Positions 48,214 to 58,150 of a DNA stretch of 64,000 bases are shown here, in pieces. The notes beneath the pieces are model-generated. The model was not told the DNA's origin. It searched no databases and saw only the letters and a list, made by a program, of their open reading frames with translations. Source of the stretch: Candidatus Pelagibacter sp. (GTDB taxonomy: Bacteria > Pseudomonadota > Alphaproteobacteria > Pelagibacterales > Pelagibacteraceae). The stretch covers positions 50,019 to 114,018 of the forward strand of contig JBJLDU010000009.1 in the NCBI GenBank assembly GCA_045566995.1, in the 5' to 3' direction. The translations under genes were made by a program, and so were the position numbers. The first letter of the stretch is position 1; each line of letters opens with the position of its first letter.

Positions 48214-49443
48214 TTAATTTTTGGTTTTAATGCCAGGCCAAGGATTTGGTTCTTTAGGAATGTTCCTGTTTATACCTCTAACAATTTCTCCTTCTGTATC
48301 GTACATTGGTAATTTGCAGATTTCACCTTTGTGAACTTTTCCATCAGTACATTTAACATCGACAACATCTCCAGGACCATTTTCATTATTATCAAGGTGA
48401 ACGATACCAACACCACAAATTTGATAGGGTGACCAAGTACTTGAAGTTATTTTGCCAATATTTTTTTCATTAATTTTAATACTTTCTCCTTTGATTGCAG
48501 TTCCATCTGCTACTCTAATTCCCCAAGTCTTACATGTTTTGTCTGATATCATTAAAGCCTCTTTTCCAATAAAATCTTCTTTATCAAAATTTATAAAACG
48601 TCCAAGGCCAACTGAAAATGGATCAGTTTTTTTTGAAAAATCTTGCCCTGCAGAAAGTAAACCTGCCTCAATTCGTCTACATCTAAATCCTGGAGTAGCA
48701 ACTAAAATCATACCTAACTTTTTTCCTTCCTCAAGAATATAATCTCCAATCTTTTCAGTTTCATTTTCAGGTCGAAAATAAATTTCCCAACCAAGTTCGT
48801 TTGTGAAACCACTTCGGCTTATAATTACTTTTTGATCTAAGATTTGTAATTCTTTCCAATCAAAGTACTTCCAATCATTTTCTGAAAAACCTTCAGCTAT
48901 ATTTTCAAGTAGCTTCATTGAAAGTGGGCCTTGAATTTGACTTACCCATACATCAGGATCTTTGATTTCAACATCCATTTCTTTAGAGTGAGCTTTATAC
49001 CAAGAAAAAAGATCTCCATCTGCTTGAGCAAACCAATATTTATCTTCTTCAATTTTTAATAGAATACCATCTGTAATCATTCCTCCATCGTGATAGCAAG
49101 CGAACTGATAAGAACATCTACCTTTTGATATTTTTGATACATCTCTTGGGAATATTTTTTGTAATAACTTCAATGAATCTGGGCCAGATATTTCAAATGG
49201 ATGTTCACCAGTATGTCTAAATATTATTTCTTGTCGTCCTTTCCAATACATTTCCTCGGGACTTACATTAGATAATTTTTCAAGTGTTAATCTCCCAGCA
49301 TAATTAGAATACTCAGGATCATAGGGTAGCTCTTGGTAGGTCAATGGATGAACTTGAATTGACCTTGCAAGCTCCAAAGAGTTAGAATTTTCAAGATTAA
49401 CAGGCTTTACTGTAAACCTATATTTATTAATTAAATCTTTCAT
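48214..49443 (-). CDS. GcvT-family aminomethyltransferase/THF-dependent demethylase
   Basis: GGMITDG, QIQGP, SRSGFTNELGWEIY, RRIEAGL, DFIGKEAL, WSP. Confidence 0.88.
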   Translation of the reverse strand: MKDLINKYRFTVKPVNLENSNSLELARSIQVHPLTYQELPYDPEYSNYAGRLTLEKLSNVSPEEMYWKGRQEIIFRHTGEHPFEISGPDSLKLLQKIFPRDVSKISKGRCSYQFACYHDGGMITDGILLKIEEDKYWFAQADGDLFSWYKAHSKEMDVEIKDPDVWVSQIQGPLSMKLLENIAEGFSENDWKYFDWKELQILDQKVIISRSGFTNELGWEIYFRPENETEKIGDYILEEGKKLGMILVATPGFRCRRIEAGLLSAGQDFSKKTDPFSVGLGRFINFDKEDFIGKEALMISDKTCKTWGIRVADGTAIKGESIKINEKNIGKITSSTWSPYQICGVGIVHLDNNENGPGDVVDVKCTDGKVHKGEICKLPMYDTEGEIVRGINRNIPKEPNPWPGIKTKN

Positions 49444-49558
49444 TATTTTTTTTCTAAATAATCAAAATACATCAATAAAACAAATAAAAAAGAACCATTT
49501 TCACTGTTGCTATATAAGTTGCTAATTGTTACCTTTTATTTTTTAAAGAGAGGAAATT

Positions 49559-51046
49559 ATGAAAAACATTTTTAAATTGATATCAATTTCATTGGTATCA
49601 CTATTTGTAACATTTTCTTTTGCCAATGCATCAAGCGGCGTATTTAAATTATCTCATGATGTTGGTTTTGGAAAAGATACAAATTTAGACGCAATTACTA
49701 AGGGACGACTGTTTCAGGTAGTAATAATGACACAGAACCGTCTTGTTAGAAAAGATCTTAAAGGGGTTACATCGCCTGAGCTAGCAACAGACTGGTCAGG
49801 AAATGCAGATGCAACAGAATGGACTTTTAACTTAAGAAAAGGTGTTAAATTCCATGATGGATCTGAGTTTGATGCAGAGGATGTAAAATACTCTTTGATG
49901 AGAGTTAAAGATCCTGAAATTGGTTCGCCTGCTAAGAAAAGTATGAGTGCAGTAACAGATATTGAGGTTGTAGACTCACACACAGTTAAAATGAAGTTGA
50001 ATACATCTTTTGCAGATTTTCCACTTTTACTGACAGATTATAGACTAAGAATGATACCTAGTGGATCAGGTGATACTATTGGAAAAACTGGAATTGGAAC
50101 AGGACCTTTTATAGTAGAAAAATTTGATGCTGAGGGAACAACAATACTTAAAGCAAACCCAGATTATTGGGAAGGAGCACCTAAACTTGCTGAAGTACAA
50201 GTAATAGCTATTCCAGATGGTCAAGCTAGAATTCAAGCTTTGCTTACTGGTCAAATAGATATGAATAGATATGTTCCATTCAATCAGAAAAAAATATTTG
50301 ATGGTAATCCAAAATTCAATGTATCAGTGATACCCACAGGAAACTGGAGAGGTATGGTAATGAGAACTGACGTTGCACCATTTGATGATCCTAGAGTAAG
50401 AAAGGCTGTCAGAATAGCTGTAGATAGACAAGAGTTAGTTGATTTAGTTATGGCTGGAGCAGCAACAGTATCTTGTGATACTCCAGTTGCCCCGTCTGAT
50501 CAATACAGAATGAAAAAGAAGTGTCCACCTCAACATGCAACTGCTAAAAAACTACTAGCAGAAGCAGGTTATCCAGATGGTATTGATTTCACAATTCATG
50601 TATCTACAAAAGAACCAACATGGCCTACTATTGCTGAGGTTTTACAACAACAATTTGCTAAAGCTAACATAAGAGCAGATATTCAAATGACACCTTCAAA
50701 AAGTTATTGGAATGAAACTTGGATGAAAAAGCCTGTAGCAATGACACGTTGGAATGAGAGACCTGCGGACAGTATTTTGCATGAAGCTTATCATAGTGAA
50801 GCAAAATGGAATGAATCTTTCTACAAAAGTGCATCTTTTGACAAAAATTTAGCTGAAGCTAGAGGTGAGTTAAATTTCAGTAAAAGAAAAGCTGCATATA
50901 TCAATGCTCAGAAAACACTATGGGAAGAATCTGGAACTATGATTCCTTACCATGTATCTAGATTGGTTGTCACATCTTCTAAAGTAAAAAATCTCGACGA
51001 AGTTGAGTATTTTTCAATAAGATGGCACACAGTTAGTGTTGACTAA
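49559..51046 (+). CDS. ABC transporter substrate-binding protein, family 5 (Dpp/Opp/opine type)
   Basis: Signal peptide, PELATDW, LRKGVKFHDGS, GTGPF, DPRVRKA. Confidence 0.9.
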   Translation: MKNIFKLISISLVSLFVTFSFANASSGVFKLSHDVGFGKDTNLDAITKGRLFQVVIMTQNRLVRKDLKGVTSPELATDWSGNADATEWTFNLRKGVKFHDGSEFDAEDVKYSLMRVKDPEIGSPAKKSMSAVTDIEVVDSHTVKMKLNTSFADFPLLLTDYRLRMIPSGSGDTIGKTGIGTGPFIVEKFDAEGTTILKANPDYWEGAPKLAEVQVIAIPDGQARIQALLTGQIDMNRYVPFNQKKIFDGNPKFNVSVIPTGNWRGMVMRTDVAPFDDPRVRKAVRIAVDRQELVDLVMAGAATVSCDTPVAPSDQYRMKKKCPPQHATAKKLLAEAGYPDGIDFTIHVSTKEPTWPTIAEVLQQQFAKANIRADIQMTPSKSYWNETWMKKPVAMTRWNERPADSILHEAYHSEAKWNESFYKSASFDKNLAEARGELNFSKRKAAYINAQKTLWEESGTMIPYHVSRLVVTSSKVKNLDEVEYFSIRWHTVSVD

Positions 51047-51054
51047 TAATTTTT

Positions 51055-51086
51055 GTTTTACAGGCCTTTAAGTAGGCCTGTAAAAC
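51055..51086 (+). terminator. Perfect 13-bp stem-loop after the family-5 SBP gene (terminator or mRNA stabiliser)
   Basis: GTTTTACAGGCCT-TTAAGT-AGGCCTGTAAAAC; only a weak U-tract follows. Confidence 0.7.
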
Positions 51087-51129
51087 CTCTTTCATTTCTA
51101 AATAAATAATTTAAAATTTAAGTATTCTT

Positions 51130-52086
51130 ATGCTTTTTTTAATTATAAAGAGAATTCTATTAGGTCTAATAACTTTATTTATTGTATCATTAATCACTTT
51201 TGTTGGAACAGAAATTTTACCCGGTGATGCATGTACAACGTATCTTGAAAGACAAGCATTTGGAGAGCAATTAGAGGCTTGTTATAGAAGATTAGGTTTG
51301 AATGTTCCTGCATATGAGAGATATGTATCCTGGGCAGTAAATGCTATTCAAGGAGACTTTGGTTATTCATTGAGTGGAGAAATGCCGATTAAAGAGGTTC
51401 TAGGGCCACGTATTAAAAATTCATTAGTTTTAGCATCAGCTGCTATTTTCATTGGTATACCAATCGCTCTAATACTTGGAATAGTAACTGCCCTTTGGAG
51501 AGATAAATTGCCAGACGTAGCAATTTCAACAGTAACTATATTTGCAATGACTATTCCAGAGTTTATCAGTGCTACATTATTGATTTTAATAATTGCAATA
51601 TGGTTAGAGTGGTTACCTGGTATCGTGATAGTCCCAACTGATGTTTCATTCTTTGAACTATTACCAAACATTATTTTACCAGTAATAGCTATTGCAATGA
51701 TTATGACAGCTCATATGGCGCGGATGGTAAGATCAAGCGTCATACAAGTTATGGCAAGTGAGTATGTTCAAATGGCAATTTTAAAAGGTGTTCCATATTG
51801 GAAAATGGTTTTTAAACATGTTTTACCAAATGCATTGTTACCAGCGATTAATGTTGTAGCTCTAACAATTGCATGGCTTTTAGGTGGTGTTGTTGTAACT
51901 GAGGTTGTCTTTAATTATCCTGGTCTTGGAAGGTTGGTTATAGAGTCTATTTCAAATAGAGATTTACCAACAGTTCAAGCTTTAGCAATAATTCTTGCAT
52001 CTATATATGTTAGTATAAATTTATTGGCAGATCTAATGACATTGATGCTTAATCCAAGATTAAAAACGTTACAGATAAGAAAATAA
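51130..52086 (+). CDS. Family-5 ABC permease (DppB-like)
   Basis: PGD, GDFGYS, EYVQMAILKG, EVVFNYPGLG, RDLP. Confidence 0.9.
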   Translation: MLFLIIKRILLGLITLFIVSLITFVGTEILPGDACTTYLERQAFGEQLEACYRRLGLNVPAYERYVSWAVNAIQGDFGYSLSGEMPIKEVLGPRIKNSLVLASAAIFIGIPIALILGIVTALWRDKLPDVAISTVTIFAMTIPEFISATLLILIIAIWLEWLPGIVIVPTDVSFFELLPNIILPVIAIAMIMTAHMARMVRSSVIQVMASEYVQMAILKGVPYWKMVFKHVLPNALLPAINVVALTIAWLLGGVVVTEVVFNYPGLGRLVIESISNRDLPTVQALAIILASIYVSINLLADLMTLMLNPRLKTLQIRK

Positions 52087-52087
52087 T

Positions 52088-52981
52088 ATGAAATTAGATA
52101 ATATTTATCAGGAAGAAAAGAAAAGTAATTTCGCAAAAGTCTCTGAGATAATCATTACAATGGCCTCAAGACCATCAGGGTTTATTGGGTTAAGTATATT
52201 GATTTTCCATGTAATACTTGCATTTATTAGCCCTTATATTGCGCCATATGATTTTAAAGCAATAAACCCAACTTTGATGCTACAAGCTCCTTCTGCTGAA
52301 TATTGGTTTGGAACTGATGATCTTGGAAGGGATGTTTTTACTAGAACAATTTTAGGCGGAAGAACAGCTTTAACAATTACTTTCTTTGGATCTTTAATAG
52401 CACTACTTTGGGGTGGTCTATTAGGAATTTTTTGTGGACTAGTTGGTGGTAAAACTGACGATATAGTGATGAGGATTGTTGATGCATTTTTATCTATACC
52501 TTGGATATTAGCAATGTTGTTGATTGTATCTTTATTAGGTACATCGACTGAAGTACTAATACCTGCATTGGGTTTCTTTTATGGTAAAGGAATTGTTAGA
52601 GTTGCAAGAGCTGCAACTCATGATGTAATTGCTAAAGATTTTATTGTATCAGCTAGAGCAAGAGGACACAGTAATTTTTCAATAATATGGAATGAAATAA
52701 TTCCAAATGTAAGAGATGCAATTTTAGTGGAAGGTGCAATGAGATGGTCATGGATGTTACTTGGCTTCAGCTCTTTGTCATTCCTAGGTTTTGGCGTTAG
52801 TCCTCCAACTCCGGATTGGGGACTGATGATTTCAAATGCGAGAGGATTAATGTCCTTTGCTTATTGGTCAGTGATAGCTCCAATAGTTGGTTTAAGCAGC
52901 TTAATAATTGGTATTAATTTGACAGCCGATGCCTTTGCTAAAGCATTAGGTATAGATAGATCAACAAAAGCTCCAGTTTAA
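52088..52981 (+). CDS. Family-5 ABC permease (DppC-like)
   Basis: WFGTDDLGRDVF, LSFLGFGVSPPTPDWG. Confidence 0.9.
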   Translation: MKLDNIYQEEKKSNFAKVSEIIITMASRPSGFIGLSILIFHVILAFISPYIAPYDFKAINPTLMLQAPSAEYWFGTDDLGRDVFTRTILGGRTALTITFFGSLIALLWGGLLGIFCGLVGGKTDDIVMRIVDAFLSIPWILAMLLIVSLLGTSTEVLIPALGFFYGKGIVRVARAATHDVIAKDFIVSARARGHSNFSIIWNEIIPNVRDAILVEGAMRWSWMLLGFSSLSFLGFGVSPPTPDWGLMISNARGLMSFAYWSVIAPIVGLSSLIIGINLTADAFAKALGIDRSTKAPV

Positions 52982-52982
52982 A

Positions 52983-55010
52983 ATGACTGAAATAATTCAA
53001 AAAGTAAAAAATTTATCTATTGGATTTAAAAGTAAAAAAGGAGAAGAAATTTTAATATTAAGAAACATTAGCACAAATATTAAAAAAGGCGAAACTGTTG
53101 GTATTGTTGGAGAGTCTGGATCTGGAAAAAGTACTCTTGCATTAGCTATGATGGGGTATGTTAAACATGGTCTCTATACTATTGGTGGAGAATGTGAATT
53201 CAATTCATCAAATCTTTTAAAAATGAAAAATAGAGATTTGGAAAAAATCAGAGGAAGGAAAATCGCAATGATACCACAAAATGCTGGGCAGGCATTAACA
53301 CCAAATTTAAAAATAGGCTATCAAATTGATGAGGCATTACAGTTGCATTCTGATTTAAAGGAGGAGGAAAGAGAGCAAAAAATTTCTGAATTGTTAAATA
53401 AAGTGAGACTTCCTTCACCAGAAACAATTGCTCTTCGATATCCTCATGAACTTTCAGGAGGACAACAACAAAGAGTTGCTGTTGCAATGGCATTAGCTGG
53501 AACTCCTGACCTTTTACTATTGGACGAACCTACCACTGGCTTAGATGTAACAACACAAGCTCACGTTTTAGAACTGCTTAATTTCATTGCCAAAGACACT
53601 GGAACATCAATGGTTTATGTAAGCCATGATCTGGGAGCAATAGCTCAAGTAAGTGATCGTATTATCGTAATGTACTCCGGTGAAATAGTATTAGAAGGGC
53701 CTTCAAGAGATATTCTTAAAAAACCAATTCATCCGTATACCTATGGTTTGCTCAAATCTATTCCAAAATTATCACTAGCTGGACTTCCACAATCAATGCC
53801 TGGTAGCCAACCTCAACCTGGTACAATGCATAGGGGCTGCAGTTTCTTTGATAGGTGTGATTTTTCAGAAGAAAAATGTAAAAATAACTCTCCTCAACTT
53901 GAGTACTTAGAGGAGTTAAACACTAGTGTTAGATGTTTCAATCATAAGAGTTTAATGAATGACAGTCAGGTTAATCAAACCTTAAATGAAATTAAGACGA
54001 GTACACAGGATAAAGAAATATTAAACCTTTCAGAAGTTTCAATAAGTTACGCTAAGCAAAAACTTTTAGATCAAGTGTTAAATAGAATTTCTGACGATAA
54101 TCCAACTGTAAAAGATATTAATATTAATATTAAGAAGGGTGAAACTATAGCTCTTGTTGGAGAGTCAGGTAGTGGAAAGTCAACAATTCTTAAATCTATT
54201 GCTGGGTTACTCAGAACCAAAGGTGGAATAATAAAATTTGATCAAAATAGAAATTTATCCTCTGATCTTAAAGAGAGAGATCCCAATGATTTAAGAATTA
54301 TTCAATTAATTTTTCAAAATCCAGATGAGTCTTTAAACCCAAACCATACTGTTGAAGAAATAATAGCACAACCATTAAAGTTATATTTTGGTTTAAAGGG
54401 TGAAGAATTAAAAAAAAATATTATAGACCTATTACAAAAAGTAAGACTTGGAGAATTTTATATGTCTAGGTACCCTAGACAATTATCTGGTGGTGAAAAA
54501 CAGAGAGTTGCAGTTGCAAGAGCTTTTGCAGCTAAACCAGATATAATATTATGTGATGAGGTAACATCTGCGTTGGATGTATCAGTTCAGGCGGCCGTAT
54601 TAAATTTGTTACAACAACTTAAAGAAGATTTTGGAACAACATATATATTTGTTTCACATGATTTAGCTGTCGTAAGAGCTATAAGTGATAGAGTTGCTGT
54701 TCTTTATCAAGGAAGATTGTGTGAAGTGGGACCATCAAAAGATGTTTATCAATTTCCATCACACCCTTATACAGAGGTTTTGTTAGGAGCAGTGTTAGAA
54801 CCAGATCCAGATATCAAACCAAAATTAGTTGCGGAAGATATTGTAGAGGAAAAGCCACCTCAAAAGGGGTGTAGTTTTCAGGGGAGATGTTCAAGAATAT
54901 TAGGTGATATTTGTAAAAATGAAGTGCCACCTTGGCAAATAACTAGCAGCGGAAACTCCATCAGATGCCACATACCACTAAAAGAATTACAAAAAGACCA
55001 GATTAATTAA
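52983..55010 (+). CDS. Fused DppD/DppF ABC ATP-binding protein
   Basis: Two GESGSGKST Walker A motifs, two LSGG signatures, HPYT and Cys-rich oligopeptide-ABC tails. Confidence 0.92.
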   Translation: MTEIIQKVKNLSIGFKSKKGEEILILRNISTNIKKGETVGIVGESGSGKSTLALAMMGYVKHGLYTIGGECEFNSSNLLKMKNRDLEKIRGRKIAMIPQNAGQALTPNLKIGYQIDEALQLHSDLKEEEREQKISELLNKVRLPSPETIALRYPHELSGGQQQRVAVAMALAGTPDLLLLDEPTTGLDVTTQAHVLELLNFIAKDTGTSMVYVSHDLGAIAQVSDRIIVMYSGEIVLEGPSRDILKKPIHPYTYGLLKSIPKLSLAGLPQSMPGSQPQPGTMHRGCSFFDRCDFSEEKCKNNSPQLEYLEELNTSVRCFNHKSLMNDSQVNQTLNEIKTSTQDKEILNLSEVSISYAKQKLLDQVLNRISDDNPTVKDININIKKGETIALVGESGSGKSTILKSIAGLLRTKGGIIKFDQNRNLSSDLKERDPNDLRIIQLIFQNPDESLNPNHTVEEIIAQPLKLYFGLKGEELKKNIIDLLQKVRLGEFYMSRYPRQLSGGEKQRVAVARAFAAKPDIILCDEVTSALDVSVQAAVLNLLQQLKEDFGTTYIFVSHDLAVVRAISDRVAVLYQGRLCEVGPSKDVYQFPSHPYTEVLLGAVLEPDPDIKPKLVAEDIVEEKPPQKGCSFQGRCSRILGDICKNEVPPWQITSSGNSIRCHIPLKELQKDQIN

Positions 55011-55066
55011 AGTTTTATATTTATTATTTTTAATTTGTATTTAAGTATGTTTAAATACCTTTTAGG

Positions 55067-55630
55067 ATGAAAAATAATTCTACTTTGATTAAAAATTTAT
55101 TATCTGATTTTAGAATAAATATTTATTTTCAGAATATTTCTTTGATGTTAATAGGTACACTTATCCTTGCTTTTTCGTCAAAAGTTCAAGTTCCATTTTG
55201 GCCAGTTCCAATGACAATGCAAACTTTTGCAGTTTTCATAATTGGAATGACATTTGGTTCAAAGTTAGCGTTTTTTACACTTGTATTGTATCTCTTCGAG
55301 GGAGCTATTGGACTTCCAGTTTTTGCAAAAGGCGGTGGATTACTTTATTTAACAGGTCCTACCGCTGGCTATCTTTATGGAATGACGATCGCAGCTGGTG
55401 TTGTTGGTTATTTAGCAGAAAGAAATTTTAACGACTCTTATATCAAAAGTTTAATTTCTCTTTTGCTAGCAACTTCTATTATTTTTATTGTTGGAGTGGG
55501 TTATTTGGGCTCAGTTATCGGTTATGAAAAGGCTTTAGCTGGTGGTCTATATCCTTTTTTACCAAGTGAATTATTCAAAATTGCTCTAGCAGTGGCAATA
55601 ATTCCATCAATTACAAAAATAATTAAATAA
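55067..55630 (+). CDS. bioY: Biotin transporter BioY
   Basis: PVPMTMQTF, GLPVFA, GPTAGYLYG. Confidence 0.9.
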   Translation: MKNNSTLIKNLLSDFRINIYFQNISLMLIGTLILAFSSKVQVPFWPVPMTMQTFAVFIIGMTFGSKLAFFTLVLYLFEGAIGLPVFAKGGGLLYLTGPTAGYLYGMTIAAGVVGYLAERNFNDSYIKSLISLLLATSIIFIVGVGYLGSVIGYEKALAGGLYPFLPSELFKIALAVAIIPSITKIIK

Positions 55631-55701
55631 TAATAATATAATATTTGATGCCTTTAAGTTGCTCTTGAATAAGATATTCATTATAAACTTTTATTCTCAT
55701 T

Positions 55702-57924
55702 ATGAAAATTAATAAAGTAGTAGTTATAGGGTCTGGCACAATGGGTAGTGGAATAGCTGCTCAATTATGTAATGCAAATGTTCCAGTAACACTGTTAGAC
55801 TTAAGCACTGAAATTTCTGAAAAAGCTAGAGAAAGAATTTTAAAGTCTAGACCTCCTTTATTAATAGATAAGTCAAAAATAAATAATATTAATGTTGGAA
55901 ATATAAATGATAATTTTAATGAAGTCGGTGAAGCAGACTGGATAGTTGAAGCTGTCGTTGAGAGAATTGATATTAAACATAATATTTATGAAAAAATTTT
56001 TAAAGAAAGAAAAAAAGGATCAATAGTTTCTTCAAATACATCTTCTATTCCAATTAAAGTTCTTTCAGAGAAACTTTCAGATGATGAAAAAAAAGATTTT
56101 TGTATAACTCACTTCTTTAATCCAGTTAGATATATGGATTTGTTAGAAATTGTAAAAAATGAAAATAATGATTTAGATCAAATAAACTCACTTAAAAGTT
56201 TTTGTGAAAAAGATTTAGGAAAAGGAGCATTAATTTGTAATGATACTCCAGGATTTTTAGGAAATAGAATTGGTGTCTACGCTATGCAAGTGGCTATGAC
56301 TGAAGCTTTTAAAATGAAATTAACAATTGAAGAAGCTGATGCTGTTTTTGGAAGACCAATGGGAATACCAAAAACAGGTGTTTTTGGACTCTATGATTTA
56401 ATTGGAATTGATTTGATGGCTGATGTTTTAAAAAGTTTTATAAAAGAACTTCCAGAAACTGATGACTTTCAAGTAGTAGCGAAAGAAATACCACTAGTTA
56501 AAAAACTTATAGAAACTGGGTACACTGGGAGAAAAGGAAAGGGTGGTTTCTATAGAATGAATAAGTCTGATAATAAAAAAATTCTAGAGGGTATAAACTT
56601 AGAAACAGGTGAATATTCGCTGTCTAAAAAGTTCAATTTAGGATCAGAAAAAATGGATATTGTTGGTCTTATAAACAGAAAAGATAAATATGGTGAATAC
56701 GCTTGGTCTGTAATTTCAAAAATTATTAAATATGCTTCATCTTTAGTTCCAGGCATTACAGATAAATTTAATGATATCGATGAAGCAATGAGACTAGGGT
56801 TTAACTGGTCTAAGGGACCTTTTGAAATGTTAAAAGAAATCGGTGTTAAGGATTTTTTTGAAAGAATAGATACATTTGAAAACAATAAGTTTCTTGAAAA
56901 CTTATCACAAAGTAAAGACGAAAACTTTTATGGTGAAAGACAACAATACACTGATTTAGAAACTTTAGGAAAAATAAAACCCAGAGCAACTAAATTAGAT
57001 AAAAATAACTCTGCTGAGATCTATAGATTTGATGATTTTAATATTGTTGAATTCACAACTAAGGCTAATGCTTTAGATTATGACTCAATGGATAGCTTAA
57101 AAAATGCAACAGACAAACCTTTAATAATAATAAATGAGGCAATGCAATTTTCAGCCGGTGTAAACTTGTCTTACACAATGAATTTTGCAGACAAAGGAGA
57201 TTTTAAATCTATTGAAAAGTTTGTTAAATATTTTCAAGAGACCTGTAAACATTTAAAATATTCTAAATATCCAGTTGTATCAGCGCCATCAGGATTGGCA
57301 TTGGGTGGTGGTTTTGAGGTTTTATGTCAAAGTAATTTCGTTGCATCCCATACCAATATTGTAGTTGGCTTAGTTGAGACTATGGTTGGATTAATTCCAG
57401 CAGGCGGAGGATGTAAAGAAATGCTTTGGAGATGGTCTCAAACTGAAGAAGCTAAAAATGATCCTGATTATGCTCCTTTAAAAGTTTTTGATATTATTGG
57501 ATATGCTAAAACTGCAACATCACCAATTGAAGCTGAACCATTAAAATATTTAAGACCAGAGGATAAAAAAATAATGAGTAGAAATAGTTTATTACAGGTT
57601 TCTAAAGAGATAATTCAAAATAATAAAGATTTTTCTCCCCCAGAGGAATGTACATTTAAACTTTCAGGAAAAAGTGTTTATGACAAAATGGTAAAAATGT
57701 TAGAAAAATTATACAATGAAAAAATTATTCTTGATCATGGCATGGAAGTTGGAAAAGAACTAGCAAAAGTTTTAAGTGGTGGAGATACTACTTTAGAAAA
57801 AACTTTATCAGAGGATGATCTATACAAATTAGAGTTAGATGCATTTATGAAGCTAATTGAGACAGAAAAAACCCAAGATAGAATTAAACATACATTGAAA
57901 ACTGGCAAACCTCTGGTAAACTAA
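55702..57924 (+). CDS. 3-hydroxyacyl-CoA dehydrogenase / enoyl-CoA hydratase fusion (FadN-type domain order)
   Basis: GSGTMGSGIA, SNTSS, HFFNP, DTPGFLGNRIG, C-terminal crotonase domain (GGGFE), ends TGKPLVN. Confidence 0.9.
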   Translation: MKINKVVVIGSGTMGSGIAAQLCNANVPVTLLDLSTEISEKARERILKSRPPLLIDKSKINNINVGNINDNFNEVGEADWIVEAVVERIDIKHNIYEKIFKERKKGSIVSSNTSSIPIKVLSEKLSDDEKKDFCITHFFNPVRYMDLLEIVKNENNDLDQINSLKSFCEKDLGKGALICNDTPGFLGNRIGVYAMQVAMTEAFKMKLTIEEADAVFGRPMGIPKTGVFGLYDLIGIDLMADVLKSFIKELPETDDFQVVAKEIPLVKKLIETGYTGRKGKGGFYRMNKSDNKKILEGINLETGEYSLSKKFNLGSEKMDIVGLINRKDKYGEYAWSVISKIIKYASSLVPGITDKFNDIDEAMRLGFNWSKGPFEMLKEIGVKDFFERIDTFENNKFLENLSQSKDENFYGERQQYTDLETLGKIKPRATKLDKNNSAEIYRFDDFNIVEFTTKANALDYDSMDSLKNATDKPLIIINEAMQFSAGVNLSYTMNFADKGDFKSIEKFVKYFQETCKHLKYSKYPVVSAPSGLALGGGFEVLCQSNFVASHTNIVVGLVETMVGLIPAGGGCKEMLWRWSQTEEAKNDPDYAPLKVFDIIGYAKTATSPIEAEPLKYLRPEDKKIMSRNSLLQVSKEIIQNNKDFSPPEECTFKLSGKSVYDKMVKMLEKLYNEKIILDHGMEVGKELAKVLSGGDTTLEKTLSEDDLYKLELDAFMKLIETEKTQDRIKHTLKTGKPLVN

Positions 57925-57928
57925 TATC

Positions 57929-58150
57929 ATGGCAAACAGACCAACAAAAAAACAATCAGACAATGCAACAAAAATTCTAATATCTTGGAAGAAAAAAATG
58001 CCATTTTATTATGCTGCAGCTATTATAATTGCTTTAATAATAATTCTAGTTTCTTCAAATTCGAATAAAGAGGTTTCTATGTATCAAAAAAATATCAATG
58101 ATTTTAAAAAAGCAGCTGAATTTATTCATAGAAATAGCTCTAAAAATTGA
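57929..58150 (+). CDS. Small hypothetical single-TM protein
   Basis: Fills the gap between two genes exactly (4 nt after the upstream stop; overlaps the downstream start); one hydrophobic helix. Confidence 0.6.
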   Translation: MANRPTKKQSDNATKILISWKKKMPFYYAAAIIIALIIILVSSNSNKEVSMYQKNINDFKKAAEFIHRNSSKN

